This document shows, in pieces, positions 51,210 to 61,611 of a stretch of DNA of 64,000 nucleotides. Location: the IMG/VR virus record IMGVR_UViG_2630968395_000002. One strand, written 5' to 3'. This stretch comes from an uncultured virus (IMG/VR IMGVR_UViG_2630968395_000002). Lineage: Duplodnaviria; Heunggongvirae; Uroviricota; Caudoviricetes. Below the pieces are notes generated by a model. It was not told the origin of the DNA. It searched no databases and saw only the letters and a list, made by a program, of their open reading frames with translations. The translations under genes were made by a program, and so were the position numbers. Each line of letters starts with the position of its first letter. The first letter of the stretch is position 1.

Positions 51210-51869
51210 ATGTCCAGTCCTGCGCGTCGCCACTTTATCCAACAGTCGGCTATTGCCGCTTCACAACAGCGGGATAACCCGCTGCGCCACGCCACAGGCT
51301 ACGAGCTGATGTTGCTCAAGCTCAATGAAGATAAGCGCAAGCTGAAACAGGTGCGTTCAAACGAGCGCAAAGCCGAGCTAAAGCGGCAGTTATTGCCGGA
51401 GTACATGCCGTGGATCTCTGGCGTGTTGAGTGAGGGGAAAGGCGCGCAGGACGCCATTGTAATGACCATCATGATTTGGCGGCTGGATGCAGGGGATATC
51501 CCCGGCGCACTGGATATCGCCCGTTATGCCCTGCGTTATCAATTAGTACCAACAGACCGCTTTACCCGTTCGACGGCTTACCTAATTGCCGAGGAAGTCG
51601 CGGACGCTGCGGCGCGCGCCTATGCCACCGGTAAACCGGTTGATGTTGACCCGTTGTTGCAAACCATTGAACTGATGGAAGACGAAGACATGCCCGATCA
51701 GGTGCGGGCCAAGCTGCACAAAATGACCGGCTATGTGCTGCGTGACAGTGGCCAGGGCGAACTGGCCCTGTCCCATCTTCACCGCGCACTCCAACTGCAT
51801 ACCGGTTGTGGCGTCAAGAAAGACATTGAGCGACTGGCCGTGAAGTTAAAGAACGCCGCCAGCCGCTAA
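51210..51869 (+). CDS. M: Terminase endonuclease subunit gpM
   Basis: SPARRH...WRLDAGD...DMPDQVRAKLHK...GVKKDIE. Confidence 0.93.
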   Translation: MSSPARRHFIQQSAIAASQQRDNPLRHATGYELMLLKLNEDKRKLKQVRSNERKAELKRQLLPEYMPWISGVLSEGKGAQDAIVMTIMIWRLDAGDIPGALDIARYALRYQLVPTDRFTRSTAYLIAEEVADAAARAYATGKPVDVDPLLQTIELMEDEDMPDQVRAKLHKMTGYVLRDSGQGELALSHLHRALQLHTGCGVKKDIERLAVKLKNAASR

Positions 51870-51968
51870 CCCGAGCGCTCCCCGAGCCGGGCGGCACGAT
51901 GGCCGCAACCGATTTTATCGTGTTAACGCCGTCGTCCACCGCCCACCCATTCTGATATTGAGGTTGCC

Positions 51969-52442
51969 ATGACCACTGTTGTTATCCCCGCGCCACGGCC
52001 CGACAAAACGGCCGAACCGGTGATTGAAAATACCTTTTTCTGGCCTGCGGTTGACCCGATAAAACTGCGTGAGCTGCTGCGCCTTGAGGGAACCATTACC
52101 GCTGAGCGCCTGCGTTTTACCATCAAGGGCGCAATCGCCGAGGTTAACGCCGAGCTGTTCGAGTACCGCCGTGACCAGATGGCCGCTGGCTTTAAAACAC
52201 TGGCTGAGGTGCAGGCCGAGCAACTGGACGGCGAAAGTATCCTGTTGGCCGAATACCAGCGCGCGGTCTGTGCCATTACTGCTGCGCTGCTGGCCGAACG
52301 TTATCGCGGCTATGACGCCAGCGCCCGTGGTGATAAACGCGCGGAGGCCATTGAAAGCACGGTTGATGAGTTATGGCGTGATGCGCGGATTAGCATTCGC
52401 AACATTGCCGGAAAATCTCACAGCATTATTGGCCTTATCTGA
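51969..52442 (+). CDS. L: Head completion protein gpL
   Basis: NTFFWP...YQRAV...LWRDAR. Confidence 0.9.
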   Translation: MTTVVIPAPRPDKTAEPVIENTFFWPAVDPIKLRELLRLEGTITAERLRFTIKGAIAEVNAELFEYRRDQMAAGFKTLAEVQAEQLDGESILLAEYQRAVCAITAALLAERYRGYDASARGDKRAEAIESTVDELWRDARISIRNIAGKSHSIIGLI

Positions 52443-52645
52443 TGCAGGTCAACGCGTTGCAAGGCGACACGCTCGATGCCCTGTGTTGGCGCTATTACGG
52501 CCGCACTCAAGATGTGCTGGAGCAAGTCTATGACGCAAATCCGGGCTTGTCGGAACTGGGGGCCATTCTGCCTCACGGCTATCCGGTGGAGTTGCCCGAT
52601 ATGGCCCCGGCGGCCCAACGTGAAACCGTTCAATTATGGGATTGA
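52442..52645 (+). CDS. X: Tail protein gpX
   Basis: QGDTLDALCWRYYG...NPGL...VQLWD. Confidence 0.92.
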   Translation: MQVNALQGDTLDALCWRYYGRTQDVLEQVYDANPGLSELGAILPHGYPVELPDMAPAAQRETVQLWD

Positions 52646-52647
52646 AA

Positions 52648-52857
52648 ATGGAGAAAATCAGCTCTGCGGTAGCTTATGTCTTTGCGCTGCTGTTGGCGTT
52701 TATTGGCGCACTGAGTCCGCAAGATATCGCGTTTTATGTGGCTGCGGTGGCCGCTGCGGCTACCTGTCTTATCAACTGGTACTACCGGCGCAAGAGTTAT
52801 TTCTTGCTGAAAGAATTGGGTGTCAGGCGGGAGGTGTTCGATGAACTCAATCGTTAA
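52648..52857 (+). CDS. Holin (HP1 family)
   Basis: MEKISS...LSPQD...INWYYRRK. Confidence 0.85.
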   Translation: MEKISSAVAYVFALLLAFIGALSPQDIAFYVAAVAAAATCLINWYYRRKSYFLLKELGVRREVFDELNR

Positions 52858-53347
52858 GCGTTGTCTGGTCGGCGTCATTCTGGCGCTGGCCGCCACCTTA
52901 CCGAACTACCAGACCTTAAAAGCATCGCCCGCCGGGCTAAAACTGATTGCGGATTATGAGGGGTGTCAGCTCAACGCCTACCAGTGCAGCGCCAACGTTT
53001 GGACAAATGGCATCGGCCACACGGTCGGGGTTAAGCCGGGCAGCGTGATCAGTGAACGACAGGTGGCGGTCAATCTGGTTGCTGACGTGCAGCGGGTCGA
53101 ACGGGCTATCGCTGTCTGTATGCCGGTGACCATGCCGCAACCGGTGTATGACGCGGTAGTGTCGTTTGCCTTTAACGTCGGCCCCGGCGCTGCTTGCCGC
53201 TCGACGCTGGCATTTTTTGTCAACAAGAGTGACTGGCACAGCGCCTGTAATCAGTTGCCGCGCTGGGTCTATGTCAATGGCGTGAAAACCAAAGGGTTAG
53301 AGCGCCGTCGTGTTACAGAGCAAAAACACTGCTTGAGCGGGGCCTGA
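52841..53347 (+). CDS. Endolysin (GH24, SAR-type)
   Basis: EGCQLNAYQCSANVWTNGIGHT; FNVG; GLERRR. Confidence 0.9.
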   Translation: MNSIVKRCLVGVILALAATLPNYQTLKASPAGLKLIADYEGCQLNAYQCSANVWTNGIGHTVGVKPGSVISERQVAVNLVADVQRVERAIAVCMPVTMPQPVYDAVVSFAFNVGPGAACRSTLAFFVNKSDWHSACNQLPRWVYVNGVKTKGLERRRVTEQKHCLSGA

Positions 53348-53348
53348 T

Positions 53349-53765
53349 ATGCGCACAGCAATAATGTTGATCGTGACGTTACTGGCCGCGCTGGGGTGGT
53401 ATGCCAGTCGCCTGAGTGACGATATCGACAACGCTAACCGGATTATTGGCACCCTGTCGGCAGGCATTGAAAGCCGGGACAACGCGATCACCCGCTTGCA
53501 AGCTGAGGCCCGGCAACAGGCAGAAAATGAGCGGGCATTACGCCAGTCACTGAGCGACGCCAGTACGTTGTCATTGTCCCGTGAACAGAAAATACAAAGG
53601 TTACTTAATGAAAATAAAGTCTTGCGTGATTGGTTCGCTACTGCTTTGCCTGCTGATGTTATCCGGCTGCACCAGCGCCCCGCGTTCGCCAGCCCCAACG
53701 GTTATTTACGTTGGTTGTCCGACGGTGAACAGTTGCCCGCTACCGGGCAGCAGCCCGGCGGTTAA
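53349..53765 (+). CDS. lysB: i-spanin LysB
   Basis: N-terminal TM, coiled coil, LPADVIRL. Confidence 0.88.
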   Translation: MRTAIMLIVTLLAALGWYASRLSDDIDNANRIIGTLSAGIESRDNAITRLQAEARQQAENERALRQSLSDASTLSLSREQKIQRLLNENKVLRDWFATALPADVIRLHQRPAFASPNGYLRWLSDGEQLPATGQQPGG

Positions 53766-53922
53766 CGGTGATTTAAGTGCCGATATCCGCCAGTTAGAAA
53801 CCGCACTGGTGGCTTGTGGGCTGCAAGTGGAAGCCATTAAACAGTGTCAGGAGCAACACTATGCTAAAACCCAAACTGCTACGCCAAGCCTTAACCGACA
53901 GTCTGCCACTGTTGCAGACTAA
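53608..53922 (+). CDS. lysC: o-spanin LysC lipoprotein
   Basis: Lipobox LSGC; NGDL...LETALVACGLQV. Confidence 0.85.
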   Translation: MKIKSCVIGSLLLCLLMLSGCTSAPRSPAPTVIYVGCPTVNSCPLPGSSPAVNGDLSADIRQLETALVACGLQVEAIKQCQEQHYAKTQTATPSLNRQSATVAD

Positions 53923-54316
53923 CCCGGAGCGGCTGAAAATGTTTGTTGACGGTGGGCGGATTGTCTCGACGCTGGCCCCGTCGCTGTCTTTCGAGAATCA
54001 ATATACGCTGACACTGTTTATTGAGGATTTTCCCAGTGATGTGGATTATCTCTTTGTGCCGATTTTGGCATGGCTGCGGGAGCATCAACCGGACATCATG
54101 GCGACAGAAGAAAAGCGCCGCACCGGCTTTATTCATAAGGTCGATGTGATGAGTGATGTGTTGAGTGATATCCGTATCGACTTGCAACTGACAGAGCGGG
54201 TGATAGTGAAAGAGCAGGACGGCGCACTGCATGTTAACCATGCGCCTGAACCGGCTTGGTCGGGCGCGCTCCCTCGTCCAACGGCAATGTATTTCCACGG
54301 TGAACAGATTAAATGA
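53861..54316 (+). CDS. R: Tail completion protein gpR
   Basis: MLKPKLLRQAL...SLSFE...WLREHQPD...LTERV. Confidence 0.9.
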   Translation: MLKPKLLRQALTDSLPLLQTNPERLKMFVDGGRIVSTLAPSLSFENQYTLTLFIEDFPSDVDYLFVPILAWLREHQPDIMATEEKRRTGFIHKVDVMSDVLSDIRIDLQLTERVIVKEQDGALHVNHAPEPAWSGALPRPTAMYFHGEQIK

Positions 54317-54762
54317 ATGAGTTGAAACCCTTTGATGATGCACTGGCCGGACTGATTGCCAACCTGTCACCTAAAGCGCGCAAGGCACTGGCGGTCACGG
54401 TTGCTAAGCGACTGCGCGCCAGCCAACAACAGCGCATTAAACGCCAGCAAGCGCCCGACGGCACCCCGTATGCTGCCCGTAAATCGCAACCCGTCCGTAA
54501 ACCCAAAGGGCGCATTAAGCGTGAAATGTTTGTCAAGTTACGAGCCGCGCGTTACATGAAAGCGAACAGCAGCCCTAATGATGCGGTGGTCGAATTTGCC
54601 GGACGTGTAAAGCGGATGGCGGCAGTACATCATTTTGGTCTGCGTGACCGTCCGAACGTGCACAGCAAAGATGTGCAATATGATGAACGGCCATTGCTGG
54701 GGTTTAGTCAGCAAGATATTGCCATGGTCGAAAGTGCTGTTATGGAAAGCCTGTCAAAATAA
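54313..54762 (+). CDS. S: Tail completion protein gpS
   Basis: QQQRIKRQQAPDGTPYAARK...VHHFGL...RPLLG. Confidence 0.9.
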   Translation: MNELKPFDDALAGLIANLSPKARKALAVTVAKRLRASQQQRIKRQQAPDGTPYAARKSQPVRKPKGRIKREMFVKLRAARYMKANSSPNDAVVEFAGRVKRMAAVHHFGLRDRPNVHSKDVQYDERPLLGFSQQDIAMVESAVMESLSK

Positions 54763-54835
54763 TGTTCCTGTTGTCCTGTCGATGAACAAACCCGCACGAA
54801 TTGCCGCCTGACCTGTTGGGCGGCATCCTTTCTGC

Positions 54836-55477
54836 ATGAACACTCAAACCCAACTTACTGAAATTCTGCGCCTGCTGCGCAACCTTATCCGTATTGGTAC
54901 GGTGGCCGAGGTCGATCTCGACCAAGCCCTGTGCCGCGTGGCGACGGGCGACAATACCACCGGCTGGCTGAACTGGCTGACGTTGCGCGCTGGTCAATCG
55001 CGATCATGGTGGGCACCGTCCAAGGGTGAGCAGGTGTTGATATTGTCCCTCGGTGGTGAACTGGATACCGCCTTTGTGCTGCCAGGCATTTTCTCTGATG
55101 ACTTCCCGCCGCCGTCGGCCTCGGCGAATGGCCTGTATATCGCCTTTCCTGACGGTGCAACTTTGCACTATGAACCTGACAGCGGCGAGTTGCGCGCTGA
55201 TGGCGTCAAAACAGCGGTTATCAATGCCAGTGAATCGGTGAGTGTTACCGCCCCCAATATCGCCTGTACTGCCTCGGTGAAAATCTTGCTGGATACGCCA
55301 GTAGTGGAATGCACTAACAACCTGACTACCGCCACGCTGAATGTAACCCAAGGCGGCAAGTTGAGCGGAAACATTGAACATTCCAGCGGTTCGTTCTCAT
55401 CCAATGGCGTGGTAGTCGATAAACATGACCACGGCGGAGTTCAGCGCGGCGGCAGTTATACGGAGGGGATCCGATGA
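54836..55477 (+). CDS. V: Baseplate spike gpV
   Basis: NLIRIGTV...WWAPSKGEQV...HDHGGV. Confidence 0.93.
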   Translation: MNTQTQLTEILRLLRNLIRIGTVAEVDLDQALCRVATGDNTTGWLNWLTLRAGQSRSWWAPSKGEQVLILSLGGELDTAFVLPGIFSDDFPPPSASANGLYIAFPDGATLHYEPDSGELRADGVKTAVINASESVSVTAPNIACTASVKILLDTPVVECTNNLTTATLNVTQGGKLSGNIEHSSGSFSSNGVVVDKHDHGGVQRGGSYTEGIR

Positions 55478-55824
55478 CCACAGCCAAATATCTCGGCATG
55501 AGCCGGAGCGCCGGACAGACCATTACCGACGCTGATCATATCAGCCAGTCAATCGCCGACATTCTGATTACGCCGGTGGGTTCGCGGGTGATGCGCCGCG
55601 CTTATGGTTCGTTGTTATCGGAGCTGATTGACCAGCCGCAAAATCCGGCGCTGCGCTTGCAAATTATGGCCGCCAGTTACAGTGCCATTCTGCGCTGGGA
55701 GCCAAGGGTTAAGCTGACCAGCATCACTTTTGAAACCACCTTTGACGGAAAAATGGTGGTTGATATCACTGGCACCCGCAGCGATAGCGCGGCCCCTTTT
55801 TCTTTAACTATTCCTGTGAGCTGA
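55474..55824 (+). CDS. W: Baseplate protein gpW
   Basis: ILITPVGSRVMRRAYGS...WEPR. Confidence 0.93.
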   Translation: MTTAKYLGMSRSAGQTITDADHISQSIADILITPVGSRVMRRAYGSLLSELIDQPQNPALRLQIMAASYSAILRWEPRVKLTSITFETTFDGKMVVDITGTRSDSAAPFSLTIPVS

Positions 55825-55828
55825 CCCT

Positions 55829-56737
55829 ATGGCAACCATTGACCTGAGCCTGTTACCGCCGCCGTTTGTGGTGGAAGAACTGGATTATGAAACCTTGCTG
55901 GCCGAGCGCAAAGCGACGCTGATGTCTCTTTACCCGGAGGAACAGCGCGCCGCCGTGGCCCGTACCCTGTCGCTGGAATCTGAGCCACTGGTCAAGCTGT
56001 TGCAGGAAAACGCCTACCGTGAAGTGATCTTGCGCCAACGCGTCAATGATGCCGCCCGCGCGGTGATGGTGGCCTATGCCGTCGGCAGTGACTTAGACCA
56101 GCTCGGCGCAAATAACAATGTTGAGCGATTGGTGATCACCCCGGCAGACCCCACCGCGATTCCACCAATTGAGGCAGTGATGGAATCGGACAGTGATTTC
56201 CGCGTGCGTATCCCGCAAGCCTTTGAGGGCTTGAGCGTCGCCGGGCCAACCGGGGCTTATGAATATCACGCCAAAAGCGCTGACGGCCGGGTGGCCGATG
56301 CCTCGGCAATCAGTCCGACCCCGGCCTGTGTCACCGTCACGGTGTTGTCGCGGGAGGGTAACGGCGCAGCATCAAGCGAACTGTTGGCGGTGGTGGAAGC
56401 CGCGCTCAATGATGAGAACACACGACCAGTGGCTGACCGGGTGACAGTGCAATCCGCCCGTATTGAAGATTATGAGATTGACGCGGTGCTCTATCTGCAT
56501 CCGGGGCCAGAGGCGGAGCCAATCCGCGCGGCAGCCGAAAAGAAACTGAACGCCTTTGTTACCGCACAGCGCCGCCTTGGCCGCGACATTCGCCTGTCGG
56601 CACTGTATGCCGCGCTGCATATCGAGGGTGTCCAGCGGGCGGTGATTAATGCCCCGATAGCTGATGTGGTGCTGGATAAAACCCAAGCCGCATTCTGCAC
56701 CGGCAGCGCCATCACGGTTGGGGGTACAGATGACTGA
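55829..56737 (+). CDS. J: Baseplate protein gpJ
   Basis: MATIDLSLLP...SVAGPTGAYEYHA. Confidence 0.94.
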   Translation: MATIDLSLLPPPFVVEELDYETLLAERKATLMSLYPEEQRAAVARTLSLESEPLVKLLQENAYREVILRQRVNDAARAVMVAYAVGSDLDQLGANNNVERLVITPADPTAIPPIEAVMESDSDFRVRIPQAFEGLSVAGPTGAYEYHAKSADGRVADASAISPTPACVTVTVLSREGNGAASSELLAVVEAALNDENTRPVADRVTVQSARIEDYEIDAVLYLHPGPEAEPIRAAAEKKLNAFVTAQRRLGRDIRLSALYAALHIEGVQRAVINAPIADVVLDKTQAAFCTGSAITVGGTDD

Positions 56738-57338
56738 CCGTTTATTGCCAGTCGGTTCCTCGGTACTGGAAGTGGCCGCCGCCCGCGCCTGTGCCGAACT
56801 GGAAAATACCCCGGTTCCGATTCGCCAGCTCTGGAACGCCGACACCTGCCCGCTGGAATTATTGCCTTATTTGGCGTGGGCGTGGTCAGTGGATCGCTGG
56901 GATGAGAAGTGGCCGGAAGCCACCAAGCGTGCGGTGGTGAAGTCCTCGCAGTATGTCCATAAACACAAAGGCACCATTGGTGCTATTCGTCGGGTGGTTG
57001 AGCCGCTCGGCTATCTCATCAAGGTGATCGAGTGGTGGAAGACTAACGAAACGCCCGGCACTTTTCGCCTGGACGTTGGCGTATTGGAAACCGGCATTAC
57101 CGAAGAAATGTATCAAGAGCTGGAACGGCTGATAGATGACGCCAAGCCATGCAGCCGTCACTTAGTTGGTCTGTCTATCAACCTCGACAGTAGCGGCCCG
57201 TTATATGTGGCCGCCGCCAGTTACAGCGGCGATGAACTGACCATCTACCCCTATTTGCCTGAAACCATAATCGTGACCGGCGAGGATTACGCCAGTGCCG
57301 CAGTCCATATTATTGATGACATGAGAGTGAACCCATGA
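56730..57338 (+). CDS. I: Tail protein gpI
   Basis: LLPYLAWAWSVDRWD...HKHKGT. Confidence 0.94.
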   Translation: MTDRLLPVGSSVLEVAAARACAELENTPVPIRQLWNADTCPLELLPYLAWAWSVDRWDEKWPEATKRAVVKSSQYVHKHKGTIGAIRRVVEPLGYLIKVIEWWKTNETPGTFRLDVGVLETGITEEMYQELERLIDDAKPCSRHLVGLSINLDSSGPLYVAAASYSGDELTIYPYLPETIIVTGEDYASAAVHIIDDMRVNP

Positions 57339-58774
57339 CCGTGAAATTCTTTGCTTTACTGACCAACATCGGCGCGGCCAAGCTGGCGAACGCTACCGCG
57401 CTCGGCACCCGTTTAGAGATCACCCAAATGGCGGTTGGGGATGGCGGCGGAACTCTGCCAACCCCTAACCCGGCACAAACCCAGCTGGTGAATGAACAGC
57501 GCCGCGCTGCCCTTAATATGCTGACCATTGACCCGGTTAATACCAGTCAGATTATTGCTGAACAGGTTATTCCTGAGACTGAGGGCGGATGGTGGATCCG
57601 GGAAATTGGCTTGCTGGATAAAGACGGTGATTTGATTGCCATTGCCAACTGCGCGGAAACCTATAAACCGCAACTGCAAGAGGGCAGCGGGCGCACCCAA
57701 ACCATTCGGGTCATTTTGATTGTCAGCAGCACCGCCGCTGTCACGCTAAAAATCGACCCATCCGTAGTATTGGCAACGCGGAAATATGCAGACGACAAAG
57801 CAATTGAGGTTAGGCAGTATGCAGATAAGTTACTGTCTGAGCACGTCGCTGCGACAGATCCTCACGACCAATATTTACGTGCCGCCGACAATCTTGCGGG
57901 CGTGAACGATAAGTCTCAAGGTCGAAAAAATATGGGGTTGGGCAAACTTGCACAACTGGACGAACTGGCATTCTCTGATGTGGGTGCCGCGTCAGCCAAT
58001 GATGTCGTATCACGTACACGGGGAGGCACATTTGATAAATCATTGCACGTTCGTGACACATTGAGCGCAGGTAATATCAAATCAGAAACTAATATTGACG
58101 CGTCCGGGATTATTACTTCTCGTAATAAAATTGAATGTCGTTCGCCGGGTTCTGATGCCTATTCCGCCGGGTTCCGCTGTTATATTCGTGACTCGGTCAC
58201 ATCAATCACTACAGATTATGTCAATACGCATCCCGAAGGTGGGGAGCAGTGGGTGTTCGCGACAAATTACAACTTTGTTACTGGGGGTGTTGATTTCACT
58301 ACCCGAGGTCATTTTATTTCTAATGGGATAGTGCGTGCGGGAGGGCTTGACGGTGGGTTTATGGATGGCAGTGGAAATATCACCGGGGCGGTGTGGGGGG
58401 AAGGGGGTGGGGATCTTTGGGGATTTATTAACAATAAAATCGCGGGTGTGCTGGCACAGTTTGGTAAACGTCACTTTGCTGGTTCGGATTATATCCGTAT
58501 TCCAGACGTGCCGGGCGGGCTGATTGTGCAATGGATGACTGGCCCTGTTTCTGCCGGCGAAAATATCGCTTACCCTGAACTGGCTTTCCCCACCGCCTTT
58601 CCTGTTGCGTGTCTAATGGCATTCACGGCCACTCAGGGGAATGACACAATACAAGCCGATGTGATGTTTCAAACATCGCGTTGGAATAACAGCACGGTAA
58701 AGGTGTTCCCGCAATGGTTTGGCACTGCACAGCAAAACCTGTGCTATCCACTTATTTTCGCCATTGGCTATTAA
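57335..58774 (+). CDS. H: Tail fibre protein gpH
   Basis: P2 H N-terminus (MAVGDGGG, GGWWIREIGL); C-terminal GLIVQW...FPTAFP domain. Confidence 0.92.
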   Translation: MTVKFFALLTNIGAAKLANATALGTRLEITQMAVGDGGGTLPTPNPAQTQLVNEQRRAALNMLTIDPVNTSQIIAEQVIPETEGGWWIREIGLLDKDGDLIAIANCAETYKPQLQEGSGRTQTIRVILIVSSTAAVTLKIDPSVVLATRKYADDKAIEVRQYADKLLSEHVAATDPHDQYLRAADNLAGVNDKSQGRKNMGLGKLAQLDELAFSDVGAASANDVVSRTRGGTFDKSLHVRDTLSAGNIKSETNIDASGIITSRNKIECRSPGSDAYSAGFRCYIRDSVTSITTDYVNTHPEGGEQWVFATNYNFVTGGVDFTTRGHFISNGIVRAGGLDGGFMDGSGNITGAVWGEGGGDLWGFINNKIAGVLAQFGKRHFAGSDYIRIPDVPGGLIVQWMTGPVSAGENIAYPELAFPTAFPVACLMAFTATQGNDTIQADVMFQTSRWNNSTVKVFPQWFGTAQQNLCYPLIFAIGY

Positions 58775-58785
58775 GGATAAAAAAC

Positions 58786-59268
58786 ATGATCTATTTTTCT
58801 GCTACAACGGGCGGTTTTTATCCGCAGGAATGGAAAGAAGAATATCTGGCAACAGGTAGCTGGCCTGATGATGCACTATTGCTCACGAAAAAAGAACAAA
58901 CGAAATATTGGAAACACGTTCCAGCCACGGGGAAAATGTTAGGGGTTATGAAAGGCCGTCCGGTCTGGCTGGATATTCCGCCGTTACCTGCGCCTCACGG
59001 CGATACCCTCGCCGCACTTGCCCGCCGTCATCGCGATGCTTTTATCAAAACCACGGATTCAATTACTGTAATTGATTATTCAATTGATGATAGCCCGCTA
59101 ACTGATACTCAACGTGCCGAGCTAACCGCTACCCGCGCCGCCTATCGCGCATGGCCCACGGTTGAAAACTGGCCACAGGTTGAATTGCCGGAACTGCCGC
59201 AATGGCTTTTGATCGAGGCAGTAAATCAGGGGTATTGCATTCCCAACTGGCCTCCGCTGTCAGCCTGA
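58786..59268 (+). CDS. Tail fibre assembly chaperone
   Basis: YFSATTGGFY...GRPVWLD; follows H. Confidence 0.8.
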   Translation: MIYFSATTGGFYPQEWKEEYLATGSWPDDALLLTKKEQTKYWKHVPATGKMLGVMKGRPVWLDIPPLPAPHGDTLAALARRHRDAFIKTTDSITVIDYSIDDSPLTDTQRAELTATRAAYRAWPTVENWPQVELPELPQWLLIEAVNQGYCIPNWPPLSA

Positions 59269-59279
59269 TATTTCAACTT

Positions 59280-59301
59280 AGCCCCGATTGCGGGGCTTTT
59301 T
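59280..59301 (+). terminator. Terminator of the V operon
   Basis: AGCCCCG-ATTG-CGGGGCT + TTTT. Confidence 0.85.
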
Positions 59302-59304
59302 CGT

Positions 59305-59322
59305 TGTACCAACCACCACACA
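59305..59322 (+). promoter_or_regulatory. Ogr/B activator site of PF
   Basis: TGT-N12-ACA upstream of FI. Confidence 0.7.
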
Positions 59323-59395
59323 TCCCCTATCAGATGCCCTTCGCACGGTAAGTCGTCACCATACTCTCTACCCTCAACCAACAGAGAGTTAATCC

Positions 59396-60565
59396 ATGAG
59401 TGATTATCATCACGGCGCGCGCGTCATCGAAATCAACGACGGTACTCGCGTTATTTCCACTGTTTCCACCGCCATTATCGGCATGGTCTGTACCAGCGAT
59501 GATGCCGACGCGGCAACATTTCCCCTTAACACCCCGGTACTGATTACCAACGTACTGGCCGCCGCCGGTAAAGCCGGTAAAAAAGGTACCCTGACCGCGT
59601 CATTGCTGGCGATTGCGGAGCAGGCCCGCCCGGTCACCATTGTCGTTCGCGTGGCTACAGGTAAAGATGAGGCTGAAACTACCACCAATATTATTGGTGG
59701 TGCTGACGAGAACGGCCGCTATACAGGCATGAAAGCGTTGTTAGATGCGCAGTCTGTTACTGGTGTCCGCCCGCGCATTCTCGGCGTACCGGGGCTGGAT
59801 AATCTGGAGGTCTCAACCGCACTGGCGGGTATCTGTCAGCAATTACGGGCCTTTGGTTATATCAGCGCCTATGGTTGCAAAACCATTTCAGAAGCGATGT
59901 TGTACCGTGACAATTTCAGTCAACGCGAGTTGATGCTGATTTGGCCGGACTTCCTGAGCTGGAACACCACGGCCAACAGCACCGACATTGCTTATGCCAC
60001 TGCCCGTGCCCTTGGCCTGCGCGCCAAGATTGACCAAGAGACGGGATGGCATAAAACCCTGTCTAACGTCGGCGTGAATGGCGTGACCGGTATCTCTGCC
60101 AGCGTCTACTGGGATTTACAGACCGTTGGCACTGACGCCGACCTGCTCAACCAAGCCTGTGTAACCACCCTTGTGCGCAAAGACGGTTTCAAGTTTTGGG
60201 GTTCGCGTACCTGCTCCGATGATCCACTGTTCGCTTTTGAGAACTACACCCGCACCGCACAAATTCTGGCTGACACCATGGCCGAGGCACAATTGTGGGC
60301 GATTGACCGCCCGATGCACCCGACACTGGTTAAAGACATGATTGGCAGCATCAACGCCAAGTTCCGCGAAATGAAATCCGCCGGGCTGATTATTGACGGT
60401 ACTTGCTGGTATGACGACAGCGCCAACGATAAAGACACGCTAAAAGCGGGCAAACTGTTTATTGATTACGACTACACCCCAGTGCCACCACTGGAAGATT
60501 TAACTCTTCGCCAGCGTATCACCGATAAATATCTGGTGAACTTTGCCGCTGCCGTCAACAGCTAA
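59396..60565 (+). CDS. FI: Tail sheath protein FI
   Basis: MSDYHHG...PRILGVPG...GWHKTLSN. Confidence 0.95.
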   Translation: MSDYHHGARVIEINDGTRVISTVSTAIIGMVCTSDDADAATFPLNTPVLITNVLAAAGKAGKKGTLTASLLAIAEQARPVTIVVRVATGKDEAETTTNIIGGADENGRYTGMKALLDAQSVTGVRPRILGVPGLDNLEVSTALAGICQQLRAFGYISAYGCKTISEAMLYRDNFSQRELMLIWPDFLSWNTTANSTDIAYATARALGLRAKIDQETGWHKTLSNVGVNGVTGISASVYWDLQTVGTDADLLNQACVTTLVRKDGFKFWGSRTCSDDPLFAFENYTRTAQILADTMAEAQLWAIDRPMHPTLVKDMIGSINAKFREMKSAGLIIDGTCWYDDSANDKDTLKAGKLFIDYDYTPVPPLEDLTLRQRITDKYLVNFAAAVNS

Positions 60566-60578
60566 GGAAACCTGAACT

Positions 60579-61094
60579 ATGGCACTGCCACGTAAGCTGA
60601 AACTGATGAACCTGTTTAACGATGGCCGGGATTACATGGGGATCGTCTCCTCCATCACCCTGCCCAAACTAACCCGCAAACTGGAGAACTACCGGGGCGG
60701 CGGGATGAATGGCGCAGCGCCGATTGATTTGGGGCTGGATGATGACGCGCTGGCGATGGAGTGGGCAATGGGCGGTCTTGACGAGTTCGTGTTGCAGCAA
60801 TGGGGCGCACCCAAAGTTGACGCGGTTCCGTTGCGTTTTTCTGGCGCTTACCAGCGTGATGATACTGGCGAAGTCACAGCGGTAGAGGTCGAGATCCGTG
60901 GCCGCCATAAAGAGATTGATGGCGGTGAGTCCAAGCAAGGGGAAGACACTGAAACCAAGGTGTCCACACAATGCACTTATTACAAGCTGACCATTGATGG
61001 CAAAGTCGTGATGGAGATTGACGTGGTTAACCTGATCGAAATCGTTAACGGCGTAGACCTGCTCGAAGCCCAACGCAAGGCCATTGGCCGCTAA
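60579..61094 (+). CDS. FII: Tail tube protein FII
   Basis: MALPRKLK...YRGGGM. Confidence 0.95.
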   Translation: MALPRKLKLMNLFNDGRDYMGIVSSITLPKLTRKLENYRGGGMNGAAPIDLGLDDDALAMEWAMGGLDEFVLQQWGAPKVDAVPLRFSGAYQRDDTGEVTAVEVEIRGRHKEIDGGESKQGEDTETKVSTQCTYYKLTIDGKVVMEIDVVNLIEIVNGVDLLEAQRKAIGR

Positions 61095-61144
61095 CCCGAC
61101 GGCCAGCACTCCGCTGGTCCTCCCTGACTGAACTGGAAAAAAAC

Positions 61145-61456
61145 ATGAAAAAAATCACGGATACACCCGCACAGACCATTGAGATTAACGAGAACATTGT
61201 GGTACTGGAAGCGCCGATTAAACGGGGTGAAACCCTGATAACTGAAATCGAAGTCATTCGCCCCAATGCCGGTACCCTGCGCGGGGTGCGTCTTGCTGAC
61301 GTGGCCAACTCTGATGTGGATGCGCTGATGGTTGTCTTGCCGCGCATCACTTACCCCTCACTGACCACGGCAGAATGTGGCCGTTTAGAACTGCCGGATT
61401 TAGTGGCGCTGGCCGGTAGGGTGATCGGTTTTTTGTCGCCGAAACAGGCGGAGTAA
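61145..61456 (+). CDS. E: Tail assembly chaperone gpE
   Basis: PIKRGE...GTLRGV...LPRIT; slippery TTTTTTG at 61429-61435. Confidence 0.9.
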   Translation: MKKITDTPAQTIEINENIVVLEAPIKRGETLITEIEVIRPNAGTLRGVRLADVANSDVDALMVVLPRITYPSLTTAECGRLELPDLVALAGRVIGFLSPKQAE

Positions 61457-61611
61457 CCTTCGATCCGGAACTGGAAGTTGACGACCTGATGGCGGATATT
61501 GCTGCCATCTTTCACTGGCCGCCCTCGGAGTGTTGGGGGATGTACCTCACCGAGCTGGTGCGCTGGCGTCATAAAGCCCTGTTACGCAGTGGAGCCGTAA
61601 ACAATGAGTAG
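61429..61611 (+). CDS. gpE' extension via programmed -1 frameshift
   Basis: T6G slip site then MADIAAIFHWPPSE...ELVRWR in the shifted frame. Confidence 0.85.
   Translation, partial: FFVAETGGVTFDPELEVDDLMADIAAIFHWPPSECWGMYLTELVRWRHKALLRSGAVNNE

Noticed and set aside
57335..59280. Invertible tail-fibre cassette or diversity-generating retroelement
   Set aside because: No invertase, reverse transcriptase, inverted second fibre end or TR/VR pair seen
61429..61611. Apparent frameshift after gpE as a pseudogene or error
   Set aside because: Known programmed -1 frameshift (E/E') of P2-like phages
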